This document shows, in pieces, positions 22,516-35,762 of a stretch of DNA of 64,000 bases (its first letter is position 1; every line of letters starts with the position of its first letter). The DNA is from Octopus sinensis (Eukaryota), in NCBI RefSeq assembly GCF_006345805.1, contig NC_043020.1, forward strand, positions 18,414,001 through 18,478,000, written 5' to 3'. A program made the position numbers and the translations under genes. A model generated the notes under the pieces. The model worked only from the letters and a program-made list of their open reading frames with translations, had not been told where the DNA came from and searched no databases.

Positions 22516-24456
22516 TAGAGTAGCTGTCAAGGAACCACAATCTCCTGCTGAACTAAAATCAACGAACTCACTCTACCAGTAAATTTTAACCCATTTTAAG
22601 TGGTGGTCCAAATACATAATTGTATGAGACAGAGTGCGATATAATTGGAGAAAGGAGATATACTGATTCACAATTTCATGACCAGACCTGCAAGTTTGCT
22701 TAGTTGAACTGCAGTTCAGTGAGGTCCTCCATATGGTTGCTCAAACTAGTCGAAAATAGCAGCCAAATAAATTTGGAGCTAAGCTTCAGGATCAGTTCTG
22801 GGGGTGCTGTTGGAGATGAAGGAATACCTGTGACATACAGGATAAAAGCCTTTATATGTACCGAGTTGTGTATTACATGAGAGCAGGTAGTTTCTGTGGA
22901 TTGAAGCAAATTTTTGCCTCTTGAAACAGAAGAGGGGAATGATTAGGAAAGATGAAAATGGTTGGTGGGTCAGAGGAAAGAGAAAACGTTAGATGACAGT
23001 TTTATTTAAGAGGCATGGCAGACTGGTGGAAGGTGATTGAAAAGCAAAGTCTCTCTTTGAGTGTGTATGTGCTGTGCATTTGAGGTAAAAGCAAAGAGGT
23101 TTTATGTCAATGGCCTCGGTTTATGGGGTTTGGAGTTGATTAACAATATAAGATTTACAGGCACTCTGTCAGTTATGATGACGAGGGTTCCAGTTGATCT
23201 GATTGATGGAACAGTCTGCTCATGAAATTAATGGGCAAGTGGCTGAGCGCTCCACAGAGATGCATAACCTTAAATGTAGTTCTCAAGGAGATTCAGCGTG
23301 TCAGAATGTGACAAGGCTGGTCCTTTGAATTACAGGTACAACTTATTTTTGCCAGCTGAGTGGACTGGAGCAAGGTGAAATAAAGTATCTTGCTGAAGGA
23401 TACAATGCACCACCAGGAATTGAACTCTCAGCCTCATGATCATGAGCTGAATACCCTAACCACTAAGCCATGCACCCTCACCTAACACTACAAAACAATC
23501 CTTGGGAAAGTGAATCTCAGTGTTTACTCTATGGGACAGCAGTTCTAGTGTGTGTTGGGTAAAAACAGGACAGGTTGAGGTTCAGAGGTGAGTCCGGACC
23601 TATAAGAAAGGAATTCAGCAGTATGGGGCCCACAACTATCTGCCAGGTCCTTCCCTAAAACCCCTTGAAACCCCTCAAACTTTGAGAGGATTCCATTTTC
23701 TGGAATCCAAAAGCACTTTGGTTCTGTCTTGTTGAAGGCCCAGAGACAACTTGTCACTAAGGTTTTTCTATTAATCTAAATTACAAATGGATGAGTTTTA
23801 GAAGTAATGTTTGGAGACCATTTCTTAAAATAATTTAAGTGTTTCTTAATTGCTGCAATTGTTTTCATTCCAGCACACGATCTCAGATCAGGTCACTTGT
23901 TATGCAAGTATATCTCCGTAATAAAATTATTTTGTTTTTGACAAATAATTTATCTCAAGTTAAAACACATCAGGACATTGCGCAGTCATTGTTCAATCAA
24001 AACTTTATATCTCCACTCAACTATCAGTTACTAAATACAAAGTTTTTTTTTCTCTCATTGATCATTTTTTCCTTCATTGTTTAATTAATGAATATTTTAC
24101 AGGAAATAAAAGAATTCTCATATGTGGGGTGGCTGTGAAGACAACTTAGAAAATCAGGTAGATATCCTTATCTCCAAAAACACTCCTGTAACTGATCCTG
24201 AAGCTTAGCTCCAAATATATTTGGCTGCTATTTTCGACTAGTTTAAGCAACCTCATAGAGGACCTCACTGAACTGCAGTTCAGCTAAGCAAATTCACAGG
24301 TCTGGTCATGAAATTGTGAATCATTATATCTCCTTTCTCCTCCTTTATCACACTCTGTCTCATACAATTATGTATTTGAACCACCACTCAAAATAGGTTA
24401 AGAAATACTGGTATAGTGAGTTCATTGCTTTTTGTGGTTCCTTGACAGTTACTCTA
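22516..24456. mobile_element. Unclassified DNA element with inverted repeats of about 310 bp
   Basis: 22516-22832 is a diverged reverse complement of about 24157-24456; termini TAGAG...CTCTA. Confidence 0.7.
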
Positions 24457-24584
24457 ACTGAGTAAATACTGTTGAAAGATAGAAAAAAGAAGAAGTGGCC
24501 AGCAAACCTGTACAGAGAAGTGAACTTTGTACCTCTCGAATGAATATTTGTTTATGCTTGATCTGTCATAAAACTTTGCAACAC

Positions 24585-24730
24585 TTCTTTGCTAACCAAC
24601 CACATGGTTCCGGGTTCAGTCCCACTGCATGGCATCTTGGGCAAGTGTCTTCTGCTATAGCCTCGGGCCGACCAAAGCCTTGTGAGTGGATTTGGTAGAC
24701 AGAAACTGAAAGAAGCCCATCGTATATATG

Positions 24731-24763
<33 letters not shown>

Positions 24764-24980
24764 ATATGTTTGTGTGTCTGTGTTTGTCCCCCCAACATCG
24801 CTTGACAACTGATGCTAGTGTGTTTACGTCCCCGTCACTTAGCGGTTCGGCAAAAGAGTACGATAGAATAAGTACTGGGCTTACAAAGAATAAGTCCCGG
24901 TGTCGATTTGCTCGACTAAAGGCGGTGCTCCAGCATGGCCACAGTCAAATGACTGAAACAAGTAAAAGAGAGTAAAGAGA
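24585..24980 (+). mobile_element. SINE family B, full length
   Basis: Same body and tail as 10876. Confidence 0.85.
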
Positions 24981-24999
24981 ATGAGGGGAGCCTCTACAT

Positions 25000-27467
25000 C
25001 AGTGATTCTCAACCATTTTTTTTACCTATGGACCCCTTTGGTTTCTATTTTATTCTGGAAGACCCCCATAGCCATTCGATTTTTGAAAACTAGTTTTATA
25101 GATACTTCTTTCAAAATTCCTATTTTGTTTTCTTTCCCATATTCACTTGCGTAAATTTGCTATAGTACTCACTGAGGGAATATGTTTCAGTGGCCAGAAA
25201 CATGTTAAGCTATGTAAAACGTTAGAAAAATAAAGCTCTGAGGGTGGACTGAAAAGTTCCTGGGCTGACTATGAAGGAGTGATGTCAGAACTGTCAAATC
25301 TCGCGTGCATTAATTTCAACTCTTCTTCTTATCAATTGGATTGTTTCGCCCAGGTGAACTAACACTTGACTGTTTAAAGAAGACTTCAAAAGTAACTCTC
25401 TTTTACTCTTTTACTTGTTTCAGTCATTTGACTGTGGCCATGCTGAAGCACCGCCTTTAGTCGAGTAAATCAACCCCGGGATTTTTTCTTTGTAAGCCCA
25501 GTACTTATTCTATCAGTCTTTTTGCTGAACCGCTAAGTGACAGGGACGTAAACACACCAGCATCGGTTGTCAAGCAATGCTAGGGAGACAAACACACACA
25601 CACGTATATATATATACATATATACGACAGGCTTCTTTCAGTTTCCGTCTACCAAATCCACTCACAAGGCATTGGTCGACCCAGGGCTATAGCAGAAGAC
25701 ACTTGCCCAAGATGCCATGCAATGGGACTGAACCCGGAACCAAGCTACTTACCACACAGCCACTCCTGCGCCTAGTAGCGTCTTCTTTTGAAAATCAACA
25801 AAATTTAGCATTGTGGTGTTATCAAATATCTGCAGAGAAAGGGTTTAGCTCCCCCACCCAGCTCCAAGGACATTCATGCTGACATGGTTGCTACATTAGG
25901 GGATGATGCTCAGCTTTATCAACAGTGCAAAAATGGGCAACTGAATTTAGGAGGGGGAAGAGAGAGTCTTGAAGATGACCTAAGGTCTGGATGTCCTGCA
26001 ACTGCCACCACCAAGGAAAACATTGATCATGTTCAGCATATGGGGATGGATGACAGGCAAGTGACCATAAACCAAATAGCCAATGCTGTAGGTGCCACAT
26101 AAAAGAAGCAATATCCTAAAACCAAGATGCCATATAAAAAAAAAACATTGGTGCTGGTGTCATGTAAAAACTGGTGATTGTGCCATGTAAAAAGCACCCA
26201 GGACAATCTGTAAAGTGGTTGGCATTAAGAAGGGCATCAAGCTGCAGAAACCAAGCCAAAAACAGACTATGGAACCTGTTGCAGCCCTTTACCTTGCCAC
26301 TTCCAGTCAAACCATCCAACCCATGCTAGCAAGGAAAATGGACATTGAATGATGATGTTGAGATGATGATGATGATGAGGATTATTATTATTATTATTAT
26401 TATTGTTATTATTATCATCATCATCATTATTAGCATATTTCATGAGAGAGTTGAGAATGTTCTGCACAATGAACTTGGTATGACAAGGTCTCTGATTAGT
26501 ATGTGCTACATCTTCTGACGTGGAGGCGCATGGCTTAGTGGTTAGGATGTCAGCACCATGATCATAAGATTGCAGTTTCAATTCCTGGACTGGGCAACGT
26601 GTTGTGTTCTTGAGTAAAACATTTAATTTCATGTTGCTCCAGTTCACTCAGCTGGCAAAAATGAGTAACTCTGTGATGGACTGGCGTCCCATCCAGCTGG
26701 GGAACACATACGCCATAGAAACTGGGAAACCGGGCCCATGAGCCTGGCTAGGCTTTAAAAGGGCACATTTGTTTTTTATTTATTTACATTTTCTGACACC
26801 TGATCAAAAGCACACCAGGCTGATCACATCATGGCAAAATCTGACATTGTTTGAGAAAGATCCAACTGCTTTCCTTGAACATTTCCCCACCCAGGATGAG
26901 TGTTGGCTTCATCACTTTGAGCCAGAGACAAAGAGATAATCCATGCAGTTGAAACATTCCTCCTTGCCAGCTCCAAAGAAGGCCAAGCTCATTTCATCTG
27001 AAGGGAAGGTGATGGCCTCAGTTTTTTGGCATGCTAAAAGAAATGTGTTTATTAACTATCTTCAAAAGAGTCACACCATCAATGGAGAATACTATGCCAA
27101 CTTGCTGAGGCAGTTACAAAAGGCTATCAAAACCAAAAGCCTAGGAAAACTGATGAAAGGGGTCTTGTTTCGTCAGGACAATGCTCCATCACACGAGTCC
27201 TTGCTTTTAATGGCTGTTGGGTTTGACCGTGACTTTGAATTGGTTGATCACCTTCCCTATTCTTCTGATTTGGCCCCATTTGACTATTATCTGTTCCACA
27301 ACATTTGACTGGGAACCAGTATCGCAGTGATGATAATGTCATATCTGCTGTTGATGACATTCTTTGACCAGCAGGATGAAAGCCTTTTTACTACTGTAGA
27401 TCCCTAATTTATCATTTTCTATGTGTGGACCCCTAGGGATCAGACTGACCCTCGATGAGAACCACTG
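25000..27467. mobile_element. hAT (Charlie-like) MITE split by later insertions
   Basis: Termini 'cagtgattctca' and 'tgagaaccactg'; 8-bp TSD ctctacat (24992-24999) and ttctacat (27468-27475). Confidence 0.75.
25239..27390 (+). mobile_element. Decayed mariner transposon (irritans/Himar-like), interrupted by SINEs
   Basis: RESLEDDLRSGCP (HTH), GKVMASVFW, VLFRQDNAPSH and PYSSDLAPFDYYLF motifs; left TIR 'gagggtggactgaaaagttcc'; right TIR not seen. Confidence 0.85.
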
Positions 27468-28754
27468 TTCTACATGATTAACTTAAATAGTAGCCTAATC
27501 TCTTTCAGATCACACCCTTACTGTCTGAAAAAGGAAGGCTACATTAGTCAATGATGTAGTCTCATCATAGATGCATTGTTTATTTAAATCACAAACCATG
27601 AGGTGTTAACAATAAGCTAAAACTTAAAGGATTTAAATCTCATCCATCTGTGTGTTGAGAAAATGCATTAACAAATGCAATGTGAGTCATATTTGGTGCT
27701 TTAAGTATAAAGTGGTTTCTCAGTTTACATGGTAGGTTAGTCCCATGTGTCATTGTTTCAATTGAATTTGTCTAAATTGAGGGATATTATTTACAAACTC
27801 ATTTCCACACACACTCACACATACAGTATCTCATGGAAGTATGTATACCCCTAAAAATTTTCAATAAAATTGCCATCTCCTATTGTAATAACGAGTGTAG
27901 TGTTTATATATATATATATATGTCCAAAATCACGTAGGAGGGAGTAGGATCAAGAGTAGTATAAGTGAAGGGAGAGGAGAGAAAATAGTAATTCAGTGAT
28001 GGAGAAGTAGTGAGAGTAATAGCCCTGACTGAGAGGGAGTGAGAGAGAGTAATAGCAATGAGAGAGAGGAAGTGACAAAGAGCGCGTTGTGTGTCTTCTG
28101 TTTTTCTCTGTCACAACATATGAATGAGAAAGGAAGGGGTGAAAAAAAATCAGCGTTTCAACTGTGTGAATATGTGTGTGTGTATGTATAAAGGAAGTAT
28201 GTGAATGTTTGTGTGTGTGTGTGTGTGTGTGTGCAATGGAAGTGGGATAGTGAATATTAAATGCTAAAAAGAAAAATCAAACAGCATTTCAACTCTGTGT
28301 ATGTGTGTGCATGTACAAGGGAAGTATGTGAATATATATGAACATTGACAAGTGTATTAATTTGATTTACCATCCATATCTTCTACTATAATAATACTCT
28401 TGTATATTTCTCTGCTACAACATATGAATGAGAAAGGAAGGGGTAATAGATGAATAAGGAAGGAAGGGGTGATGGCAAACTTGGTAGTGGGATGGTGGAA
28501 GTTCTATGGTGAAAAAAATCAAACAGCGTTTCAACTCTGCATGAGTAATGTGTGTGTATATGAAAGAGAGTCATGTGAATGTTTTTTTGTGTGTGTGCAC
28601 AATGGAAGTGGGATGGTGGACGTTCAACACTGAAAAGAAAAATCAAACAGCATTTCAACGCTGTGTGAGTATATGTGTGTATGTGTGTGCGTGTACAAGG
28701 GAAGTATGTGAATGTTTGTATTCATGATTATTATGTAGCTTATTTTGCACCTTA

Positions 28755-29123
28755 TCTCTCTATATATAAATGGCAAAATGTCTGTCTGTGTGTGTTTCCT
28801 TTATACAAATCCACAATTTTTCAGTTATAGAGCTTGCACTTTCTATGGTCATTCAAAACCGTCCAAGGGTGGTCGTGCACATCTTTACATTTCCCCAGTC
28901 ACCCCTCAAACCCATTAAAAAAATCAATAGAAGTGACTTTTTTGTGAATTTTCTATCCAAAACCCAATCAAAATGCCCAAAACTTGATACGACAATTGAA
29001 TGCCAGCTAGCTGTATGTGATTGGTCGGAGATTTGGACAGTATTCGTGTGTATGTGCACACGTGCACAGCTGTATATGCATGCACTAGCACTATGACCCA
29101 GCAACGCCGGGTTATAGTGCTAG
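28755..29123 (+). mobile_element. Non-autonomous Helitron
   Basis: A|TCtctctatatata...acccagcaacgccgggttatagtgCTAG|T. Confidence 0.8.
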
Positions 29124-29274
29124 TTTATATATAAAATACTACAATTAGCCGTCATTTTTGACGGCATGGGGTCAGCTACTTACTCTAATAATATCGAAGG
29201 AAATCAAACAAAATTTATCCTGAATAATATATATTATACATGCAGACATTATACAAATTTGGAACACAAAACAA

Positions 29275-30860
29275 TAAACATTTTCAAAGATATGAACGAA
29301 ATATAAAATTTTAGAAATATGCACACCCTAAAGGATTATTTGCTATGTTCAATAATTGGTGTGACCACCCTTGCTTTCGATGACTACATTAAGACTTCAG
29401 AGCATAGAGTCGACTAAATTTCTGCATATAACCAACGAAATCGACCTCCATTCATTCTGAATGATGTCTTTCAACTGCGTTACATTGCGGGGTTTTTACT
29501 CCTCATTGTTTTCTGCAATATGTGACAATAAAACCTTGAATCTTTTGTTCTCTTAATAAATGTGAGTCCTCCCACACCAGCTGTACCCATGCATCCCCAA
29601 AGCACAACACTTCATCCGCCGTGTTTCACAGAAAGCACAGTGCATTTGGTGCTGTTATCTTCACTTGATCATCATCATTGTTTAACATCCGTTTTCCATG
29701 CTAGCATGGGTTGGATAGTTCAACTGGGGTCTGGGAAGTCAGGCCCAGTCTGATCTGGCAGTGTTTCTACAGCTGGATGCCCTTCCTAACACCAACCACT
29801 CCGTGAGTGTAGTGGGTGCTTTTTACGTGCCACCTGCACAGGTGCCAGATGAGGCTGGCAAACGGCCACGATCGGATGGTGCTTTTTATGTGCCACCGAC
29901 ACAGGGGCCAGACGAGGCTGGCAACAGCCACAATCGGATGGTGCTTTTTATGTGGAGGCCAGTCGGGGCGGCGCTGGCAACGGCCACGTTCAGATAATTC
30001 TCTTATGTGCCATCGGCACTGGTATCACAGTTACAATTTCCATTGATGTTGATTGATTTCGATTTTGATTTTTACTTGCCTCAACAGGTCTTCACAAGTA
30101 GAGTTTTGTGTCCCAAGAAGGAAAGGTATGCATAAGTCGACTGGCTACATCCCAGGTAGAGGCCACGGGTTATGGTCTCACTTGTCCTGCCGGGTCTTCC
30201 CACGCACAGCATACTTCCAAAGGTCTACCATCTGACCCAAACGAATTGATTTTAGTCTCGTCAGATAAAAACAATTTTGTTCCCAAACTCCTTCCTCTTT
30301 CTCACATAGGTTTCAGCAAAGGAAAGATGACTTGGTTTATGCCTGGTAGTGAGGAGAGACTTTCTACGAGGAATGCATCCATGAAGACCACACTGGTTCA
30401 AACTTCGGCAAACTGTTTGGGCGGATACACTCTTTCCATTAACAGAAGACACTTCTTGGGCCAAAGATAAAGCTGTACGATGTCTCTGTCACGCAACATC
30501 TGTGTTTACACTAATATGTATTCGTTTGCCAGTTAACTTGTGTCCTAAACCATTCTTGTGCAAAGTGAAAATAATTTTCTTCAAATCTTCAGACAATTCC
30601 TTTTGGTGTCATTTTAATCACAATGCAGAATAATCTCACCATGGTACACAAATCAAATTTCTGACAGATGCAATAAAAATGCCAGGTGCAAAAATGCCAG
30701 GAGAAATAATTTATTAGAATTGAAATTAACAGCAATATGTGAATTTAGTAAAAGAAGGGGATAAAATATTGAATATAGCAAATTTCCTTTAGGGTGTACA
30801 TATTTATGTAACGTCTGAAAATTAATATTTCATTCATATCTTAGAAAATGTTTGTCATGA
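29275..30860 (-). mobile_element. Decayed Tc1 transposon with an internal family A insertion
   Basis: VSAQTVCRSLNQCGLHGCIPRRK...SDETKINSFGSDG, VKHGG*SVVLWGC and ESKGGHTNY*; inverted repeats around 'atatgcacaccctaaagga' (about 29318) and 'tcctttagggtgtacatat' (about 30790). Confidence 0.8.
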
Positions 30861-31064
30861 ACAACATTATGTAAAGGAGTTGGTGACAGAAATGTTTCCC
30901 TTTTTAAACGCCGTATAGTCGTTCACTACACTGGTGACCCCTCATTTCCTAACATGCAGCCACTATTATTCCCAGCAGGCCTTACGTTCACAAATTGGTG
31001 ACCCAGTGCCAAGACAAGAACATATATATACACACATATATATGCACACATACACACACACACA

Positions 31065-31760
31065 CACAGGGTGTTTGGGCTAAATTTGACAGTTTGCATA
31101 AAAGGAAAAGAAAGCAATATCCCATTTAAAAATAAAAGTGTTTTAAAAAGTAAGAAAATATCAACTAGATTATTGCAGGGAGATAACAGTTTACTCGAAA
31201 TAGCCACCCACAGTTTCCACCATGGCTTTAAGGTGGCACTGGAACCTGGCACATGCATTGCTCACTGTATTCCTGGGAAGATCTTTGAACACCTGCTTCA
31301 TCTGGGCCAGCAGTTTGGCCTTGGTATTGCAAGCAGAGCAGAGCAGTTGGTGTCTTTCTCAACCTCATCTCAGACACAGTAATACATGAAGGTATGGCAA
31401 GGAACCAAATACTGCTTCTACACATATGGCCTTCCAGCTAAAACCCTCCCAGCCAGAGATTGACCAAAGTGAGCTCTGATGTGCAGATGTAGTCTGAATT
31501 CCTGCTGTGTCCCTTCCTGTTGGCCATGGCTTTGTAGTCTCCTTTGCAGCTGTCCATGTCACATCTTACAGCCTTAACAGTGTTCACACTGCATTTTGTC
31601 CAAACATGATGTTGAAATTTTGATACCTGGTCTGAATCATCATGATACAGGTAACTCTTTTCCCATATCCAGATGACTTACAATCCTCTTTTACTTTTTC
31701 TCAACTACAACTTTATCTGAACATTCTGGATATTATTCCTCTGGAAATAATACCAATGTT
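31065..31760 (-). mobile_element. Internally deleted maT (DD37D) element
   Basis: Same TIR and C-terminus as 4887; its 5' region matches 33440-33560. Confidence 0.7.
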
Positions 31761-32117
31761 TTCTTCGAAACATATGTCGGAAGTATAAAGATTTGAATAA
31801 CACCTGCGTTTAACTCCATTTCTTTATCTGTTAGACAAAAACATTTCACTAAACCCTGGAATTTCTAATTTTTAAGTAGGCTGTAACATCCTTTGTACAT
31901 ATGTGTATTTTTTGCTACCCTGATAACTATCTATTTATTTTTTCCATGTTATTTGTACACACACACACACATATTATGTATGTAACAACCACATGTGTAT
32001 ATAAAAAAACTTACATTTGATTTATTAGAAGCGACGAATGTGTGTCATACAATACAGACAAGAAAGTGATATTACAAAAGCAGTTTCACCATTAAAACAG
32101 CAGAAGAATTATATATA

Positions 32118-32500
32118 TACGAGGTGTGTTCAAAAAGTATCTGACTGCTTTTATTTTCTCTACCAAAACTAATTCTGCACGAGCAAATCCTTAAGGAGGT
32201 GACATCACAATTCCTGTGCATGCATTAAAATTTTCATACCAGTAGGCCATGTCAGCTCCCAGCTGTTACACCTAGAGCACACATGTGTACTGTATGCTCG
32301 TTGGGTTTTTGTTTTCACCAAATGCCTCAAGTTTTGCCAAAAGCAAAAACCAAGCTGAAACCATCAAGAAGATTCAGCAGACATTTGGCAATGATGCCAT
32401 GAACAAAATTCAGATCAAGGCGTGGTACAACCACTTCAAACAGGGCTGCACCTCAGTGAAGAGTGAGGCACATGCAGGCAGGCTGTCCACAAGCTGAAAC
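32118..32500 (+). mobile_element. Mariner 5' fragment (TIR and HTH)
   Basis: 'tacgaggtgtgttcaaaaagtat' TIR; KNQAETIKKIQQTFGNDAMNKIQIKAWYNHFKQGCTSVKSEAHAGRLSTS. Confidence 0.75.
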
Positions 32501-32679
32501 AAGTAGGAACTGAAAAGGTTTGGCTAACAGTTATGAAAGTCTATTGTGTAACTGTTATGTCGCAGTACTACACGGTGGCTGTGTGAGCTGCGAAATCCTT
32601 ATTGCCACTGTTATGTCGCATTGTTCGGATGCCTTCTACTCAACACTCCGACTGCCACTCTGTTCCAGTCTACTACCAC

Positions 32680-33657
32680 TGTTGTGGAGGATAGGTCTTT
32701 TTAAGCTTGGGAAAGAAAATGTATATTTCAGGGAATATCTGTTTCATGACAAGGCATCCATAACCACATGGCACCTAAACAACTGCTTGAATTGCTGGTA
32801 CCTTCAGCCAGCTCTGTCAACAATCGAGAATATTTCTCTCAAGAAAATTTATAAGGGATTCCAGCAGCTTCACCTTAAGCTTAAGTTTCTGTTCAAAGAT
32901 GAGGGGCAATATGACATTAACCTCACTGGAGAAACACCCACAGACCCTCACGGTCTGGGCAAACTTGGTTTTCATGATACATGGGACATCACATGGATTG
33001 CAGGCAAGCCACCAGTAGTTCTGTGTGTTGTGCAACTGGTCTTGGCAAAAGTTCTTTTCATCTAAGAAGAATCAGATCATCCCCAGCTCAACAGGATACC
33101 CCATCTTGTCCAGGAGCTTCTTTGCCTTTGTAAAATAGTTCTCCTTGGCCTTGGCGGTCAGAATTTGTTCTTTGTGCTTCTTGTACAAGTTTAGCAAAGG
33201 TCCTCCTCTTTCAAGGCCAGCTCCATTGTGGCAACTTCAACACCAATCTCTTGCATCAAAACCTACAGTCCCTTCCTTAGATTTTCCATCACCTTGCCCT
33301 GCAGTTGTTGGATTAATTGTGGTGTGTGGATACAGTACAAAATGCCTTTTATGTGCCTCTCTGCTGGCCACGACTATGTACTCTATGTTGCAGCTCTTCA
33401 TGTCACATCTCACAGCCTTTACAGTATTCACAGAGCATTGAGCAGCAACCATGACGTCGGCATTTTGTTATATCATGATACAGGTAACTCCTTTTCAGTA
33501 TTCAGATGTCTTCCAGTCACCCATTACAGCTAAATTTTTCTCAACTACAACTCCAATCTTTATGCTCTCTAACGCAGTCGACCGTTTATCGATACATCAA
33601 GCTGTATCCGAAGAAAGGAGACATAAAAACAGTCAAATTTAGCCCGAACACTCCGTA
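32680..33657 (-). mobile_element. maT (DD37D) transposon, 5' and middle part with TIR
   Basis: FFLDEKNFCQDQLHNTQNYWWLACNPCDVPCIMKTKF...; TIR 'gtcaaatttagcccgaacactccgta' ending at 33657. Confidence 0.75.
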
Positions 33658-34441
33658 AATGTGTGTGTGTCCGTGTCCCACCATCACCACCAATGCTTGA
33701 GAATCAGTGTTGGTTTGTTTACGTAACATAGTGCTTAGGTAAAAAGAGAATTAGTATTAGGCTTAAACAAATAAGTGTTGGTGGAGGTGGCGGGGGCGCG
33801 CGTCATTTGTTCCATTATGCCATTTAAGGGGGTGCTCCAGCATGGCCACAGTCCAATGACTTGAACAAAAGAAAGATAAAGTATTTGAACAGTCGAGGAA
33901 ATGGAATAAATAAGCATTCACAAGTCTAGCGTTGAGCAATTAATTCCCGTATGTTTTTAAAATTCGGGGAAGCGTTCTTGATTTGGCATTACATATGTAC
34001 GTGGGCGAATGAGGCAGCGCTGGTAGAATCGTTATCGTTCCAGGCGAAATGTTCAGCAGCATTTCGTTCGTCTTTATGTTCTGAGTTCAAATCCGGCCGA
34101 ACTCGACTTTGCTTGTCATCCTTTCGTAATCGATAAACTAAGTTATCAAGTTAAGCACTGGGGGAGTCTATGTAGCCGACTAACCCCTCTAAAAAATTTC
34201 AAGCCTTGTGCCTATAGCTGTATAAGGCGGCAAGCTGGCAGAATCGTTACCGCGCAGCCTATTTTTCCCGTCCGTCTTAGCATTCTGAGTTCAAATTCCG
34301 CCGAGGTCGACGTTGCGTTTTATCTTTTCAAAGTTAATAAAATAGGTGCAAGTCAAGTGGTGGTGTCAATGTGGTCGACTAACTCCTCTCCCTAAAATTT
34401 CAAGCGTAGAAACTATTATACATGGACATCCGACCTGCTAG

Positions 34442-34954
34442 AAAGAGCAGCTAATCCTTTCAAACTCTACCATAACATTTTGAAAAATGGACGTCCGACC
34501 TGCTAGAAAGAGCAGCTAATCATTTCGAATCCTACCATAACGTCTTGTAAAAATTCGGAAGACAATTTGATGATAGTTCTAGTAACCATGGGATGGTCAC
34601 GGCTGGAGCGCTAAAGAGCAGCTAATCCTTTTAAACTCTGCCATAACATTTTGAAAAATGGGCGCCCGACCTGCTAGAAAGAGCAGCTAATCGTTTCGAA
34701 TCCTACCATAACGTCTTGTAAAAATTCGGAAGACAATTTGATGATAGTTCTAGTAACCATGGGATGGTCACGGCTGGAGCGCTAAAGAGCAGCTAATCCT
34801 TTCAAACTCTACCATAACATTTTGAAAAATGGACGTCCGACCTGCTAGAAAGAGCAGCTAATCATTTCGAATCCTACCATAACGTCTTGTAAAAATTCGG
34901 AAGACAATTTGATGATAGTTCTAGTAACCATGGGATGGTCACGGCTGGAGCGCT
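34442..34954. repeat. Tandem array of 3 x 171 bp derived from a dispersed repeat
   Basis: 'aaagagcagctaatcc' at 34442, 34613 and 34784. Confidence 0.92.
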
Positions 34955-35159
34955 TTGTTCATAGGTTAATTCAGTAAGAGAGTTAACTCAGTGTGGCAGG
35001 TTTAGTAGTGGTTGTGGTGGTTAAAGAACAGCAATAAAGTAAAAGGAAGATTCTGGGGGAAAAAGTCGCAACAAGAAAGTAAGTTGGTTTTTCCGGATAA
35101 AAAAGTAAAAAAAAGCAAAAAAAAAAAGAAGAAAAAGTGATTTGGCACCATGAGAGTTC

Positions 35160-35194
35160 ACGCATGCGCACCGGCAGCGCAATCAGCCATCTTT
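35160..35194 (+). promoter_or_regulatory. Putative promoter/TSS motifs: NRF1-like and YY1-like
   Basis: 'acgcatgcgca' at 35160-35170 and 'gccatcttt' at 35186-35194, in a unique CpG-richer stretch upstream of a donor-terminated ORF. Confidence 0.5.
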
Positions 35195-35762
35195 GAGTTT
35201 CCACGGGTTTCCGGCAGCCGAGCACGTCATCCTTATTGACAGCAAAACACACAATAATTAATAACAAAAAAACATATTGGCTTAGCAGGAAAGTTGCTTG
35301 GATAACTGAGGTGTTGTTTAAAGCAACGAAACCAGTGGGAAAAAGCAATAGTAACTTTAGTTTAGCGAACTCTTTGCATAATTTGCAGGAATTTAGGAAA
35401 CCTGGGCGATTTGTTATCGTTGAGGTGTCGAGCCGTGGACGGCCGAAAAGACACCGCCTCCTCTTCTTCTAGCGAACTGTTTTGGTTCTTCTCCTTCGTT
35501 CCTTCCTTAGCAAATACTGTTTATTGTTTATTGTTTATATATACAGATTTCACCGTTTCGGTGAAGCAAATCCAGATACAAAACACAAAAAAAAGGGAAG
35601 CAAAATAGAGCCCCTCCCCACAAAACACCCAAACAACTACAAAAAGGACCTGAAGTAGTTTTTTTCCTATTTCCAGTCGATGTCTGCTGTTTTATTTTCT
35701 AGTTTTGGAGTGTTGTCGTTTTCCACTTCTTCTCCCCTTTCCCGATATCTCCTCGGCTAGTT

